A DNA stretch of 64,000 bases from a virus (Duplodnaviria > Caudoviricetes). This document shows positions 17,801-26,617 of this stretch, in pieces. Numbering within the stretch: position 1 is the first letter of the stretch; each line of letters opens with the position of its first letter. The notes beneath the pieces were generated by a model. It saw nothing but the letters and a program-made list of their open reading frames with translations. It had not been told where the DNA came from and did not search any database. Made by a program: the position numbers and the translations under genes. Where the stretch lies: positions 1 through 64,000 of the IMG/VR virus record IMGVR_UViG_3300037440_000558. One strand, 5' to 3'.

Positions 17801-19957
17801 ATGGCCCGTGCTGTGCGTGGTGTCCGTCGCCGGTGGCGGGAGGAGCATCACCCCCGCAACCCGAATAGCGGCGAGTTCGTCCGGAAGGGCAGTCCGGAGG
17901 CTGCCGCGTGGGCGGTGAGGCTGTCGGAGAAGGCTGGGGAGCACCGGGGGCGGATGGCGGAGCTGCACCCGTCGGATGGAAGCCGGCAGCGGTGGGCCGG
18001 TCTACTGTCAGACAAGGCAGAGCAGCAGCTGACACCGGAGCAGCACCAGTCGGTGGAGCGGCTGCAGAAGAAGGGGGCGCCCGTGTCGGTGCTGCCACCG
18101 GTGGGGTCAGACCAGCCGGTCAAACCTCGGTTCAAGACTGGCGATCTGATCACCAACGGGTCGAGAGTGGGGACGGTCATCGAGCGGGTCGAGCGGGGTC
18201 CACATGGGCAGGGGCCGGGTGTCCGGATCCAGAACATCTCGTTGGAACGGTTCGGTGGGAACCGGGGGATGTCTTCGTTCGTGCCGGACACCAGGTCGGG
18301 CGGCTGGGAGAAAATGACGCTAGGGGAGTGGAAACCAGTCAAGGGTGGTGGGTTGGAGGAGCGGTTTGTCTGGAGCTCCGACCATTCGCATTTGCAGCGG
18401 GAGGTCCGGTCGACGGCTCTGCCGAAGCCGACGCAGGCACCGGGCAGCAAACCGATTACCCACTCCGACCTGTGGCGGACCACCCCTGACCCTGATAAGA
18501 CGCGGGCTGAGGGGCTCAAGCTGGCCCAGGTGGGTTGGGAGGGTGGCGGGTCTTACTTCGGTGAAGGTGTCTACCTGCACACCAGTAAGGCCGATTCGGA
18601 CCGATTCGCCGAAGGTGAGCGGCGATTCGGTGTGGGCCGCGCCGAGCAGTTGCCGGCCCAGGCCAGTGTGTCCAATCCGTTTGTGGTCACTGCCCGGCCG
18701 GGTGATCGGGACGCGCGGGCGGTCATGCAGCGGGCGTTGGAGGGTGCGGGGGTGGTTAAGCCGGGTGAGCGGGTGTCGGTGCAGGAGTTCACCCGCCGGT
18801 TGAAGGAACGCGGTCACGATGGGGTGGAGGTGCGGGGGGCTGAAGGCAACGACCACTTGGCCGGGAACCAGTTGGTGGTGTTCGATGCGGCGGACGCCAG
18901 CATCAGACCCGACGACAGTGGCAGTGGGGTTGACAGGGAACGTGGTGTGGGGTTTAATGGAGGTAGAACACCCCCGCAGGAGGGGTCAACCCCCGGAGGA
19001 ACCCAGATGGAAACCAGCGAACTCGGCCGGCCACTCAGGCAACGCGAGATCTGGCGTGGTAAGCAGATCACCATCGTTACCCGCGACGGGAAGCAGGTCA
19101 CCGGCAACGTCGCCGAATGGGGCACCCAACGGCGTACGCTCATAGTGGACGGTAAGCGGCAGCAGATCCCGCGGCACCAGATCGCCACCATCCACGAAGT
19201 CGCTGCCCCCAACAGCGTCACCGAGACACCTGCAGTCAGGGAGCCAGTTGAGATCCGGACGGTCGGCCAGAACCCCAAAGATGCTGGCGATTGGGTCGAC
19301 CGGCGGACTGGTGCGAAGGTCGACCGGCCATCGCAGGTGGACATCGTCCGCGGCAACGTCGTGAAGGACAGCCCAACGGCCCGTGTCCAGCGCGAAGGCA
19401 TCGGGGCAGCCACAACCGACGACTTGAAAGCGCTCGTAGCGGACCCAGATGCGCCAGCCCACCAGAAGACCCAGGCCCGCGCAGAGATCAACAGACGCGG
19501 AGCCAAGCCGAAGACCGCAGCCCGGCCCGGGAAGAAGATCCCCGCCAGAGGCGCACCCGCCGGCTACGAAGTCCGTGATCAAGGCGACACCGACTACGCC
19601 GGCAAACCCGTCTACCAGGTGTACGGCCCCGACGGCAACAAGGTTGGGACACTCACCAAAACCGAACAGACTACCCAGATCCGGGCTAGGTCCGGGAATA
19701 TCTCCGTTGGAAGTAGGACCCGGAAAGGCTACCGGTTCGCCCCCGGCGACACCCTGCCGACCAGCGGTTCCAGCCTCCGCCCGACCGTGGCCGACGCGAT
19801 CGACGACTACCACAGGGGCATCAAACCGCATCTTGACAAGTACCGGGGGATGAGCGACGACGAGCTGGCTGCTGCCCGGACTCGGATGGCTGGGCAGTAC
19901 AACACCTTCCACGCCAACCTGATCGGCTCCGTCCAGCGTGAGCGTCGCAGAGCATGA
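17801..19957 (+). CDS. HPR-tagged polyvalent protein 2 (ART-like and Sm-like domains)
   Basis: RRRWREEHHPRNPNSGEF tag; GSYFGEGVYL...GHDGV...NQLVVFD ADP-ribosyltransferase-like; internal Sm-like segment. Confidence 0.75.
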   Translation: MARAVRGVRRRWREEHHPRNPNSGEFVRKGSPEAAAWAVRLSEKAGEHRGRMAELHPSDGSRQRWAGLLSDKAEQQLTPEQHQSVERLQKKGAPVSVLPPVGSDQPVKPRFKTGDLITNGSRVGTVIERVERGPHGQGPGVRIQNISLERFGGNRGMSSFVPDTRSGGWEKMTLGEWKPVKGGGLEERFVWSSDHSHLQREVRSTALPKPTQAPGSKPITHSDLWRTTPDPDKTRAEGLKLAQVGWEGGGSYFGEGVYLHTSKADSDRFAEGERRFGVGRAEQLPAQASVSNPFVVTARPGDRDARAVMQRALEGAGVVKPGERVSVQEFTRRLKERGHDGVEVRGAEGNDHLAGNQLVVFDAADASIRPDDSGSGVDRERGVGFNGGRTPPQEGSTPGGTQMETSELGRPLRQREIWRGKQITIVTRDGKQVTGNVAEWGTQRRTLIVDGKRQQIPRHQIATIHEVAAPNSVTETPAVREPVEIRTVGQNPKDAGDWVDRRTGAKVDRPSQVDIVRGNVVKDSPTARVQREGIGAATTDDLKALVADPDAPAHQKTQARAEINRRGAKPKTAARPGKKIPARGAPAGYEVRDQGDTDYAGKPVYQVYGPDGNKVGTLTKTEQTTQIRARSGNISVGSRTRKGYRFAPGDTLPTSGSSLRPTVADAIDDYHRGIKPHLDKYRGMSDDELAAARTRMAGQYNTFHANLIGSVQRERRRA
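18930..18958 (+). promoter_or_regulatory. internal sigma70 promoter within the 718-aa ORF
   Basis: TTGACA-N17-TTTAAT, then SD GGAGGA and in-frame ATG at 19008. Confidence 0.55.
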
Positions 19958-19960
19958 TGC

Positions 19961-20239
19961 TCACTGTTGCTGAAACACTACCTTGATGGTTTTCTGTCGC
20001 ACCCGCCCACCTACGGTGATGATCCGGTTAACCAAGTCGTAGTCGGCTCCGTCGCTACCACCGGACACCCACACTGTTGCGGTGTTGTCATCGAATGACT
20101 CGTCGACTTTCACCAACCCGGCTTCGAGCTCCCACTCTGAGTCGGTGATCGTATCTTCGATCTCAGCCAACCAGAACTGCCAGTCGATTGGGTAATCGAG
20201 GACATCACCCGGGCTTTGCACGTACACATCAGCCGGCAA
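19961..20239 (-). CDS. phage fibre/tail adaptor-like protein
   Basis: SPGDVLDYPIDW..WL...DTI..SEW...ATVWVSGG..G..Y.LVNRI.T.GGR family pattern. Confidence 0.7.
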   Translation of the reverse strand: MPADVYVQSPGDVLDYPIDWQFWLAEIEDTITDSEWELEAGLVKVDESFDDNTATVWVSGGSDGADYDLVNRIITVGGRVRQKTIKVVFQQQ

Positions 20240-22424
20240 CTGTACCGCCTCCGTCCCTGGGTACCACCGTCATCCTACCGCCAGTAGCCACCATCGTCAC
20301 CCGGCCCAGTTGTCTAGCTACCACCGTCACCCGGCTAGCCGGTGTAGCGACCTCCGGTGTTGCCGGTTGCGCCTCAACTGCTCCCAGGCTGAACCCACCA
20401 CCGAACAGCCCTGAGACCACCCCCGACAGCTTCGACCCCAACACCCTGCCAAAGACACCCACCCAGTCCGCCGTGCGTCCCGTGGCCACACGGACCGCCA
20501 CAGCAGTACCACTCGAACCACCCACCCCCCGGCTGGTACTCCCGGCGGACTTCACAGTCACCGTTTGGCTTGCCCCACCCGCCCAGGCCACCGCCGATGC
20601 ATTCTGCTGCCCTTCTATCGTGATCACAGCCCGGCTGAGAGCGCCACCGAACCCCACACCGGACAGTGACCCCCGTTTGGTGATTACCCCAGACGGTGCG
20701 CTCGCAGCCGACCCAGTTGTAGACCCGACCCGGACGGTGGCCACATCCCCGGCCACCCCCAAGCCACCCCCCGTAATCAACCCTGACTGGGTGGCTGTTT
20801 TACCTGCTGTCGCCGTGCCTTGGCCACCGCCGACCCCGATCCCCGACCCAGGCACCGGCCCACTTACCGCACTGCTGACACCAACCCCGTACCCGCCGCC
20901 AGCACCTACCCCCGACCCTCGGGCTATTCTGTTAGCTGCAGATACACCAACCCCAGCCGACCACCCCACACCGGCACCGGACCCCGTTCGGTTCGCTACC
21001 GCCGACCCAACCCCGGCACCGAAACCGGCACCACCACCCGCCACCCCTGTGTCCACCGGGGCCGGGTTGAACACGATGATTCCGGCAGCCCAGTCCCGGT
21101 TGGTGATCTCCGGGTTCCACGTCTGGCTGCCGCCGGTGGTGACCAGCTTGTATGCCCCGCGGATGGTTGCGTTCGACGCGGCGGTGCCGGATTCGGTGGA
21201 CAGGCTGGTCAGACCAACCCAAACGCCGTTCGTGGTGTCGGCGTCCTGGGTGTACGTGTCCCCGGCCGGTCCTTCAATCGCCAGCCAGCCGTAGATCAAC
21301 TGGTCCGCGGCGGTCGGGACGATAGTCACCGTGGGAGAAGCGGACCCACCGTTGTCAACCACCTGGGTGACCGCGATCGGGTCAGCCCGGTCGATGTTTG
21401 CCCACTCCTCCACCACGACTGCATCCGCGGCGGTGTTGTTGCCATAGTTGAACGTCAGGTCGTCGCCGTCCTGGTATGGCGTGGTCGGGATGCAGTAGGC
21501 CATTCGGCCGGTGATCCCCGCGTTTGCCGCCCCCGGGTCCCGGTTGGACGCGTCCCCGACCACCCATGTGTTACCGCGGGGGTCGGAGATATCCACGTTA
21601 GTGGCCTGGCCACCGCCGCCGGAGTTGTCCCCGGCCCACCGGGCGGTCAGGATATTGTTGGTGGTGTCGATTGACCCGCCGTCTGGTAGGTCGACCACGG
21701 TTGACTGTGAGCTGGTCAGGTTCTGCGCCGAACCCCGGTCGGCGACCTTGAACGGCGTAGTCGGTGGGATCACTTCACCGGCGGCGGCGATCGCCAACGA
21801 CAGGGCAACCCCGGCCACGTTGTTGTTCGCGAACCCAAACGAACGGGTGCCGGTGGCTCCGGAGCTGGCAAGCTGCTCGGTAGCCGCGGTAAAGCTGGTG
21901 TCACCGCCGCCGGAGGTGCCGACCTCGAATTCCTCAGCCATCCCGCCGGGCGGAGTGTAGGCGGCGACACCGCCGAACACTGCGGTGGCCGCCGTGCACA
22001 CCAGGAAAGCGTCGGCGCTGGCCGGGCTGACCGACGGAGCCACATGCACCGACGGGGTCGCAGCTGAGGACGCGGCCCCGTCGAAGTCCTCCACCGGGTC
22101 GTCCAGGTCTGCACCCTCAAGTACCAGCACCGCCAGTGCGATACCCTCATCGATCATCGGGTCCAGGTCGATTTGGGTGGCACCACCGGGGGCGGTTTTG
22201 ACCCAGGCACGGAGCTTCGTGTCATCACCCGGCAGTTCGGCCGTGGCCACCTGGGTCCAGCCGCCGCCGGTCGGCGGGCCGAAGGTGTTACCGGACAGGT
22301 TGTAAAACTCCGACATGCCGATTGCCAACAACAGATCAGTGGCTTGTGTGCCGGCTCCGGTGGTAACCGAGGCAGTAGTGCTGATCGCAACGTCGGTGAG
22401 AACCTCGCGGGGCGTGACGGCCAT
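20229..22424 (-). CDS. large Gly/Ala/Thr-rich virion surface or fibre protein
   Basis: 731 aa; two repeated beta-rich modules plus a G/A-rich C-terminal stalk; flanked by adaptor-like genes. Confidence 0.6.
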   Translation of the reverse strand: MAVTPREVLTDVAISTTASVTTGAGTQATDLLLAIGMSEFYNLSGNTFGPPTGGGWTQVATAELPGDDTKLRAWVKTAPGGATQIDLDPMIDEGIALAVLVLEGADLDDPVEDFDGAASSAATPSVHVAPSVSPASADAFLVCTAATAVFGGVAAYTPPGGMAEEFEVGTSGGGDTSFTAATEQLASSGATGTRSFGFANNNVAGVALSLAIAAAGEVIPPTTPFKVADRGSAQNLTSSQSTVVDLPDGGSIDTTNNILTARWAGDNSGGGGQATNVDISDPRGNTWVVGDASNRDPGAANAGITGRMAYCIPTTPYQDGDDLTFNYGNNTAADAVVVEEWANIDRADPIAVTQVVDNGGSASPTVTIVPTAADQLIYGWLAIEGPAGDTYTQDADTTNGVWVGLTSLSTESGTAASNATIRGAYKLVTTGGSQTWNPEITNRDWAAGIIVFNPAPVDTGVAGGGAGFGAGVGSAVANRTGSGAGVGWSAGVGVSAANRIARGSGVGAGGGYGVGVSSAVSGPVPGSGIGVGGGQGTATAGKTATQSGLITGGGLGVAGDVATVRVGSTTGSAASAPSGVITKRGSLSGVGFGGALSRAVITIEGQQNASAVAWAGGASQTVTVKSAGSTSRGVGGSSGTAVAVRVATGRTADWVGVFGRVLGSKLSGVVSGLFGGGFSLGAVEAQPATPEVATPASRVTVVARQLGRVTMVATGGRMTVVPRDGGGTVAG

Positions 22425-22485
22425 CGGGTGGTCCTACACAGGCGTGAACTGTAGGCTGCTGATCAAGATCTCCCTCCCGGGTCGA

Positions 22486-23103
22486 TCAGATGACGTTGGC
22501 GTTCAAACCCAGATCACCGGTGTCGGTGGTCAACTGCCCCGCCGACCCGAACGACTCCGGCACCCCGTTCTGCCACCACAGTTCGCCTGCCGCCGTGATA
22601 TCCACCGCTGCCCCACCCGCGGTCAGACTGACCTGGAACGTGTCTGTTGCCGCTCCGACCACGTGGTACAAAGTCCCCTCCGACAGCCCGGTGGGCAGCG
22701 ACTCCGCGTGGACGTTGTACACCGCGACCCGGCCCCCGTCGACCAGGCCATGGCCAGCCGACTTGATCGTGTTGTTGGTGACCCCGTCCGCATCGACCGC
22801 GGCGAACCCTGACAGCGTCGACCCGATCAGCGCATGCCCGTAGAACGTCGACCCGCCGCTGGTGTCCCAAAACCCGTAAGTGATCCCAGTCGACCCGGAT
22901 GGCATCTCATGGGTGACCGGGGCGTTGTTGTCTGAAACCCCGAGGGCTTCCGCGGACCATGCCACTGGTTGCCGGACGTATGACCCGCCAGTGATCTCAT
23001 CCGACCCGCTGTCATCGGGGATCGCGTCGTGGACGCTGACCGCACCGATAGCGTCGGTCAGCCCGACCACCATAGCGTTTTTCCCATTCGTGTTGAAACC
23101 CAC
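22486..23103 (-). CDS. phage tail-fibre/decoration-like protein
   Basis: EITGGSYVRQPVAW...ITYGFWD..GG.FY pattern with inserted GHGLVDG.RV...LPTGL..GTLY.V module; SD GGAGG. Confidence 0.7.
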   Translation of the reverse strand: MGFNTNGKNAMVVGLTDAIGAVSVHDAIPDDSGSDEITGGSYVRQPVAWSAEALGVSDNNAPVTHEMPSGSTGITYGFWDTSGGSTFYGHALIGSTLSGFAAVDADGVTNNTIKSAGHGLVDGGRVAVYNVHAESLPTGLSEGTLYHVVGAATDTFQVSLTAGGAAVDITAAGELWWQNGVPESFGSAGQLTTDTGDLGLNANVI

Positions 23104-23200
23104 GTCCTCTTCCTCCGGTTCGGGCGGTCTTACTTTCCCTGCCGAGTCTACTGTACACTGGTGCCCGACGAGTAGTCTCCCAAGCCAGACGGGACGCGGG

Positions 23201-24967
23201 ATGCCGGGTACGGTCGAATTGGTTGAGAGCTTCCGGGAGTTGCAGGAAGCCGAACCTGGCTATACTCGGGCCGACGAATTCTACAACGGTGAAGTGTCTG
23301 AGGCGTTCGCTTCGGCGAAGGTGAAACGGCTGCTGGCGAAAGCCCAAGCCGACGAACTCGACGACTTCGGCTACGCGAAGATCCCCGTCGATGTGGTCGC
23401 GGGGAAGCTGCGCATCTTGTCGGTGGTCGCGGTCCACGCCGAACCACCCGAACAGGAGATCCCCCGAGAACAGGACACTGTGCTGCAACACGCGCAGGAC
23501 CTGATCCAGCAGATCATCCAGCGGAATCAGTTTATGGCCGAGTATGTCGGTGTACACCTGGACGTGTGCAAGTTCGGGGACGCCTACCCGTTTGTGTGGC
23601 CGGTCACCGACGACCAAGGTGTGGTCACCGATGTCGACATGTTCATGCACTCACCCTACACCGTACGGGTGTTCTATGGGGAGGAGAATCCGCTGCAGGT
23701 GTCCCACACCATCAAAGCGTGGGATATCGAAATCCCCCCACCGGACGACCCCTTCGGGAAACCCGAGAAACGTCGCCGGGCCAACCTGTACTACCGGGAC
23801 CGGATCGAGAAATGGATCACCGCCCCCGGCCGGGCCGGGAAGCTGCTCGAAGACTGGGAACCCTACGAAGAAACCAACCCCACACAAGACGACGACAACA
23901 ACCCGACCACCGACAGCGACCCCGGACAGCTCCCACCCGGTCACGAGATCCCCAACCCCTACGACCAGATTCCGTTCTTCCACCTCCGCAACAGCCGACC
24001 CTACGGGATCCCCCGGCACCGGCCCGCGTATGGGCCGCAGCTGGTAATCAACAAACTGGTCGAAGCACACATGGTCACTATCGACTTCCACTCCTTCCCG
24101 CAACGATACGCGTTGATGGACCCCAAACAAGACGACCCGTTGGCAAACTTCGTCGACCCGATCAACCCCGAAGACGAGGACGACGACCCAGAGGGCGACC
24201 ACAACGCCAGCCAGCTCCGGTCCGACCCCGCCGCGGTGTGGCGGCTCCGGGGGATGAACTCGGTGGGGCAGTTCAACCCCGCAGACCCATTGGTGTTCCT
24301 CCAGCCATTCGACCGGTACGTTAAAGCAATGAGCGAGTTGACCGGGGTCCCGCTGTACAAGTTCGGAACATCGTTCGCTCAGCCACCATCCGGGACGGCG
24401 TTGGCAAAGATCGACGCACCGGTCGACGAAGAAGCCGAACAGCTACAAGACCGGCTCGGGTCAGTGTGGGCGGACGCGTTCGAGTTTGCGCTCCGGCTGC
24501 TCGGGGTGGAGGATATCCGGGTGGAGGTGAAGTGGAAGCCGGTCCGGACTGTCACCGACCAGGAAGGGTGGCAGACCCTCGGGTTGAAGATCGCGTCGGG
24601 GGTGACGGTCCGGCAGGCGCTGCTAGAAGCCGGGTACACCTCCGAGCAGGTCGACCAGATGCTGCCGGATGATGCCACCCAGGATCTGATTCGGCAGGTG
24701 CAGATGCTGAACCAGATCGGGACTGCGGTACAGTCGTTGGGTGCGGGGGTCGGGTTGGGTGTCCTGTCGCAGGAGCAGGCTGCGGCGGCTGTCCAGCGGA
24801 TCTTGGCGTTGGGTGAGCTGCAGGGTGGCGCGCCGGATGACCGTTTGGCGTTGCCACCAGACAAGTACGGGTCGGCCGGGGGGAAGACGGAGCTGCTCGA
24901 ACCGAAAGATCCGAACCCGCCGCCGCCGGCACTGCCGACACCGGGTGGTGGCACCGATGGGCAATGA
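23201..24967 (+). CDS. portal protein (SPP1 gp6-like)
   Basis: YYxG-like FYNGEV, FGYAKIPVD, FGDAYPFVW, FPQRY, PSGTAL motifs; ATG 23201 preferred over 22880. Confidence 0.9.
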   Translation: MPGTVELVESFRELQEAEPGYTRADEFYNGEVSEAFASAKVKRLLAKAQADELDDFGYAKIPVDVVAGKLRILSVVAVHAEPPEQEIPREQDTVLQHAQDLIQQIIQRNQFMAEYVGVHLDVCKFGDAYPFVWPVTDDQGVVTDVDMFMHSPYTVRVFYGEENPLQVSHTIKAWDIEIPPPDDPFGKPEKRRRANLYYRDRIEKWITAPGRAGKLLEDWEPYEETNPTQDDDNNPTTDSDPGQLPPGHEIPNPYDQIPFFHLRNSRPYGIPRHRPAYGPQLVINKLVEAHMVTIDFHSFPQRYALMDPKQDDPLANFVDPINPEDEDDDPEGDHNASQLRSDPAAVWRLRGMNSVGQFNPADPLVFLQPFDRYVKAMSELTGVPLYKFGTSFAQPPSGTALAKIDAPVDEEAEQLQDRLGSVWADAFEFALRLLGVEDIRVEVKWKPVRTVTDQEGWQTLGLKIASGVTVRQALLEAGYTSEQVDQMLPDDATQDLIRQVQMLNQIGTAVQSLGAGVGLGVLSQEQAAAAVQRILALGELQGGAPDDRLALPPDKYGSAGGKTELLEPKDPNPPPPALPTPGGGTDGQ

Positions 24968-25208
24968 CCGCCGAGTGATGGTGTTGCGTCTTGTCGACAG
25001 CGCCGAACCGCTCGGCTGGTTGCGGCTTACCAGCAGCGGAGAGGTAATAGCAGATGAAGAAACCGAACCGCTGCTGAGAACACAAGCCAGGATCGGTCGA
25101 CAAACTGAACGAGAGGCGTTCGACTACTTGTGGCGGCAGGGTTGGACCAACGGGATTTTGACTCTTGGCCGTGTTGGTTGGGTGGGGTTACTCGGAGACA
25201 GGATGTGA
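24957..25208 (+). CDS. small protein, possible kinase partner or immunity protein
   Basis: 83 aa, directly upstream of the kinase; AFDYLWRQGWTNG. Confidence 0.5.
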   Translation: MGNDRRVMVLRLVDSAEPLGWLRLTSSGEVIADEETEPLLRTQARIGRQTEREAFDYLWRQGWTNGILTLGRVGWVGLLGDRM

Positions 25209-25211
25209 ACG

Positions 25212-26342
25212 GTGGTCCGACCTCATTGGCGTGACCAACTACGCGTCCCCCGCGGCAGCGAAAGAGGTGGGGAGTGGACCGATAGCCCGGTGGCGGTTGT
25301 GGCTTCGCGGTATCACCTGTCTATGGATGACAGGACTGCGGATTTGGCACAGGTCATCGAAGGAGGGGACTACACCAGAACTCGTCTGGCTGTAGGCGGG
25401 ATACGGGGCACTAAAGCCAAACTGACCACCCCAGACGGCAGCCATATCTTCTACAAAGATTCATCTGCGGGTGAAGTGTACGCTGGTCTCGGTGTGCAGC
25501 AAGCGGACAGTGAGCAGCTTGCTGTGGGGGTGGCCAAAGCGGTCGGGTTGGACGTGCCGCGGGTTTATCGGAATACGCCCGGTGCGATCTACCACGAGTG
25601 GGTGGAGGGTGTCCCCTTCTCGGTCGCCAAGAAGAGCGAAGACAAAGAACTCCGGCGTACTGCCAACAGACTGGTTAAAGCCGAGCAGGGGCAGAAGCTG
25701 GCACTGTTCGACCTGCTCACGCTTAACATGGACCGCCACGGGCACAACATATTGGTGTTCGACGGTGAACTGGCGGCGATCGACAATGGCGAAGCGTGGC
25801 AGTGGGCGGTAGGTCTGGATTTTGACGATCTGCTGCCGGGTGACATCGGCAGTGCTTTGCTCTCCTCGAAGGGACCGGTCAAGCGGTTTTTCGTGGACAC
25901 AGAGACCAACCAGTGGGGTGTTGCTACTGCGATTTTGGGACGTCCGGCTTGGTTGACAGACACAGAGGTCCGGCGGTTGGAGGTTGAACTGGGAGAGCTG
26001 AGGCCGCAGTTTGACAAGCTTGGGCGTGGGGAGTGGTTGGACCGTTCGCTGGCTATCTTGGGTGTCCTCCGGGGCAAGGTTAGATGGCCGGAGAAACAGC
26101 GGGAGATGCTTGCGGAGTTCGGCTTGAGTGACGACGGGACGATCCGGTACAGCACTAGGGAGTTGCCACGGCGGTTTTATTACATCCGGGGTGGTCGGAG
26201 GGTGGATATCCCCGTCAGTGGGGCGTTGGTGGCGCAGCGGCTGGTGTTGAAGGGTGCCGCAGATGAGCAGCTGGGCGAAGGTCCGGAACGCATCTTGCGG
26301 GTGACGGACTTGGGGCGGGCTATTCTCGGTGGTGGTGGCTGA
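25212..26342 (+). CDS. tagged HipA/PI3-PI4-kinase-like protein
   Basis: IFYKD, SEQLA..VAKAVGLDVP, LFDLLTLNMDRHGHNIL, AAIDNG; N-terminal WRDQLRVPRGSERGGEW. Confidence 0.8.
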   Translation: MVRPHWRDQLRVPRGSERGGEWTDSPVAVVASRYHLSMDDRTADLAQVIEGGDYTRTRLAVGGIRGTKAKLTTPDGSHIFYKDSSAGEVYAGLGVQQADSEQLAVGVAKAVGLDVPRVYRNTPGAIYHEWVEGVPFSVAKKSEDKELRRTANRLVKAEQGQKLALFDLLTLNMDRHGHNILVFDGELAAIDNGEAWQWAVGLDFDDLLPGDIGSALLSSKGPVKRFFVDTETNQWGVATAILGRPAWLTDTEVRRLEVELGELRPQFDKLGRGEWLDRSLAILGVLRGKVRWPEKQREMLAEFGLSDDGTIRYSTRELPRRFYYIRGGRRVDIPVSGALVAQRLVLKGAADEQLGEGPERILRVTDLGRAILGGGG

Positions 26343-26379
26343 TGGATTGCGAGACGTCACCGCAGATGAGAGGGTCGGA

Positions 26380-26607
26380 GTGAGCACACCGGGACGTGCG
26401 CGGGCGTTACGGGCGTTGGGGCGCCGGAAGCGTGCCAACACTCGTCGGATCGCGAAGGGGTTGAAACCGATAGTCGGTGGCCGGCAAATGTCGTTGTCGG
26501 CATTCCGGAAGAAGACCGGGTCGAAGACGACTAAGGCTAAGGCCAAGATCGCGGCCGGGCGGAGATCGCGGCGTACGCGGCGTGGCCGTGGCCCGCATGG
26601 GTTCTAG
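26380..26607 (+). CDS. basic microprotein 3 (75 aa)
   Basis: GTG 26380; Arg/Lys-rich with no Asp or Glu. Confidence 0.6.
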   Translation: MSTPGRARALRALGRRKRANTRRIAKGLKPIVGGRQMSLSAFRKKTGSKTTKAKAKIAAGRRSRRTRRGRGPHGF

Positions 26608-26617
26608 GGGGGTAGCG

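Noticed and set aside
19961-23103. Invertible (phase-variable) segment
   Set aside because: No flanking inverted repeats or recombinase seen.
22880-23200. 5' extension of the portal
   Set aside because: Overlaps the divergent minus-strand gene; ATG 23201 follows a TACACT element.
25311-25325. Internal promoter in the kinase gene (TATCAC-N6-ATG)
   Set aside because: The -10 lacks the final T and there is no -35 at 17 bp.
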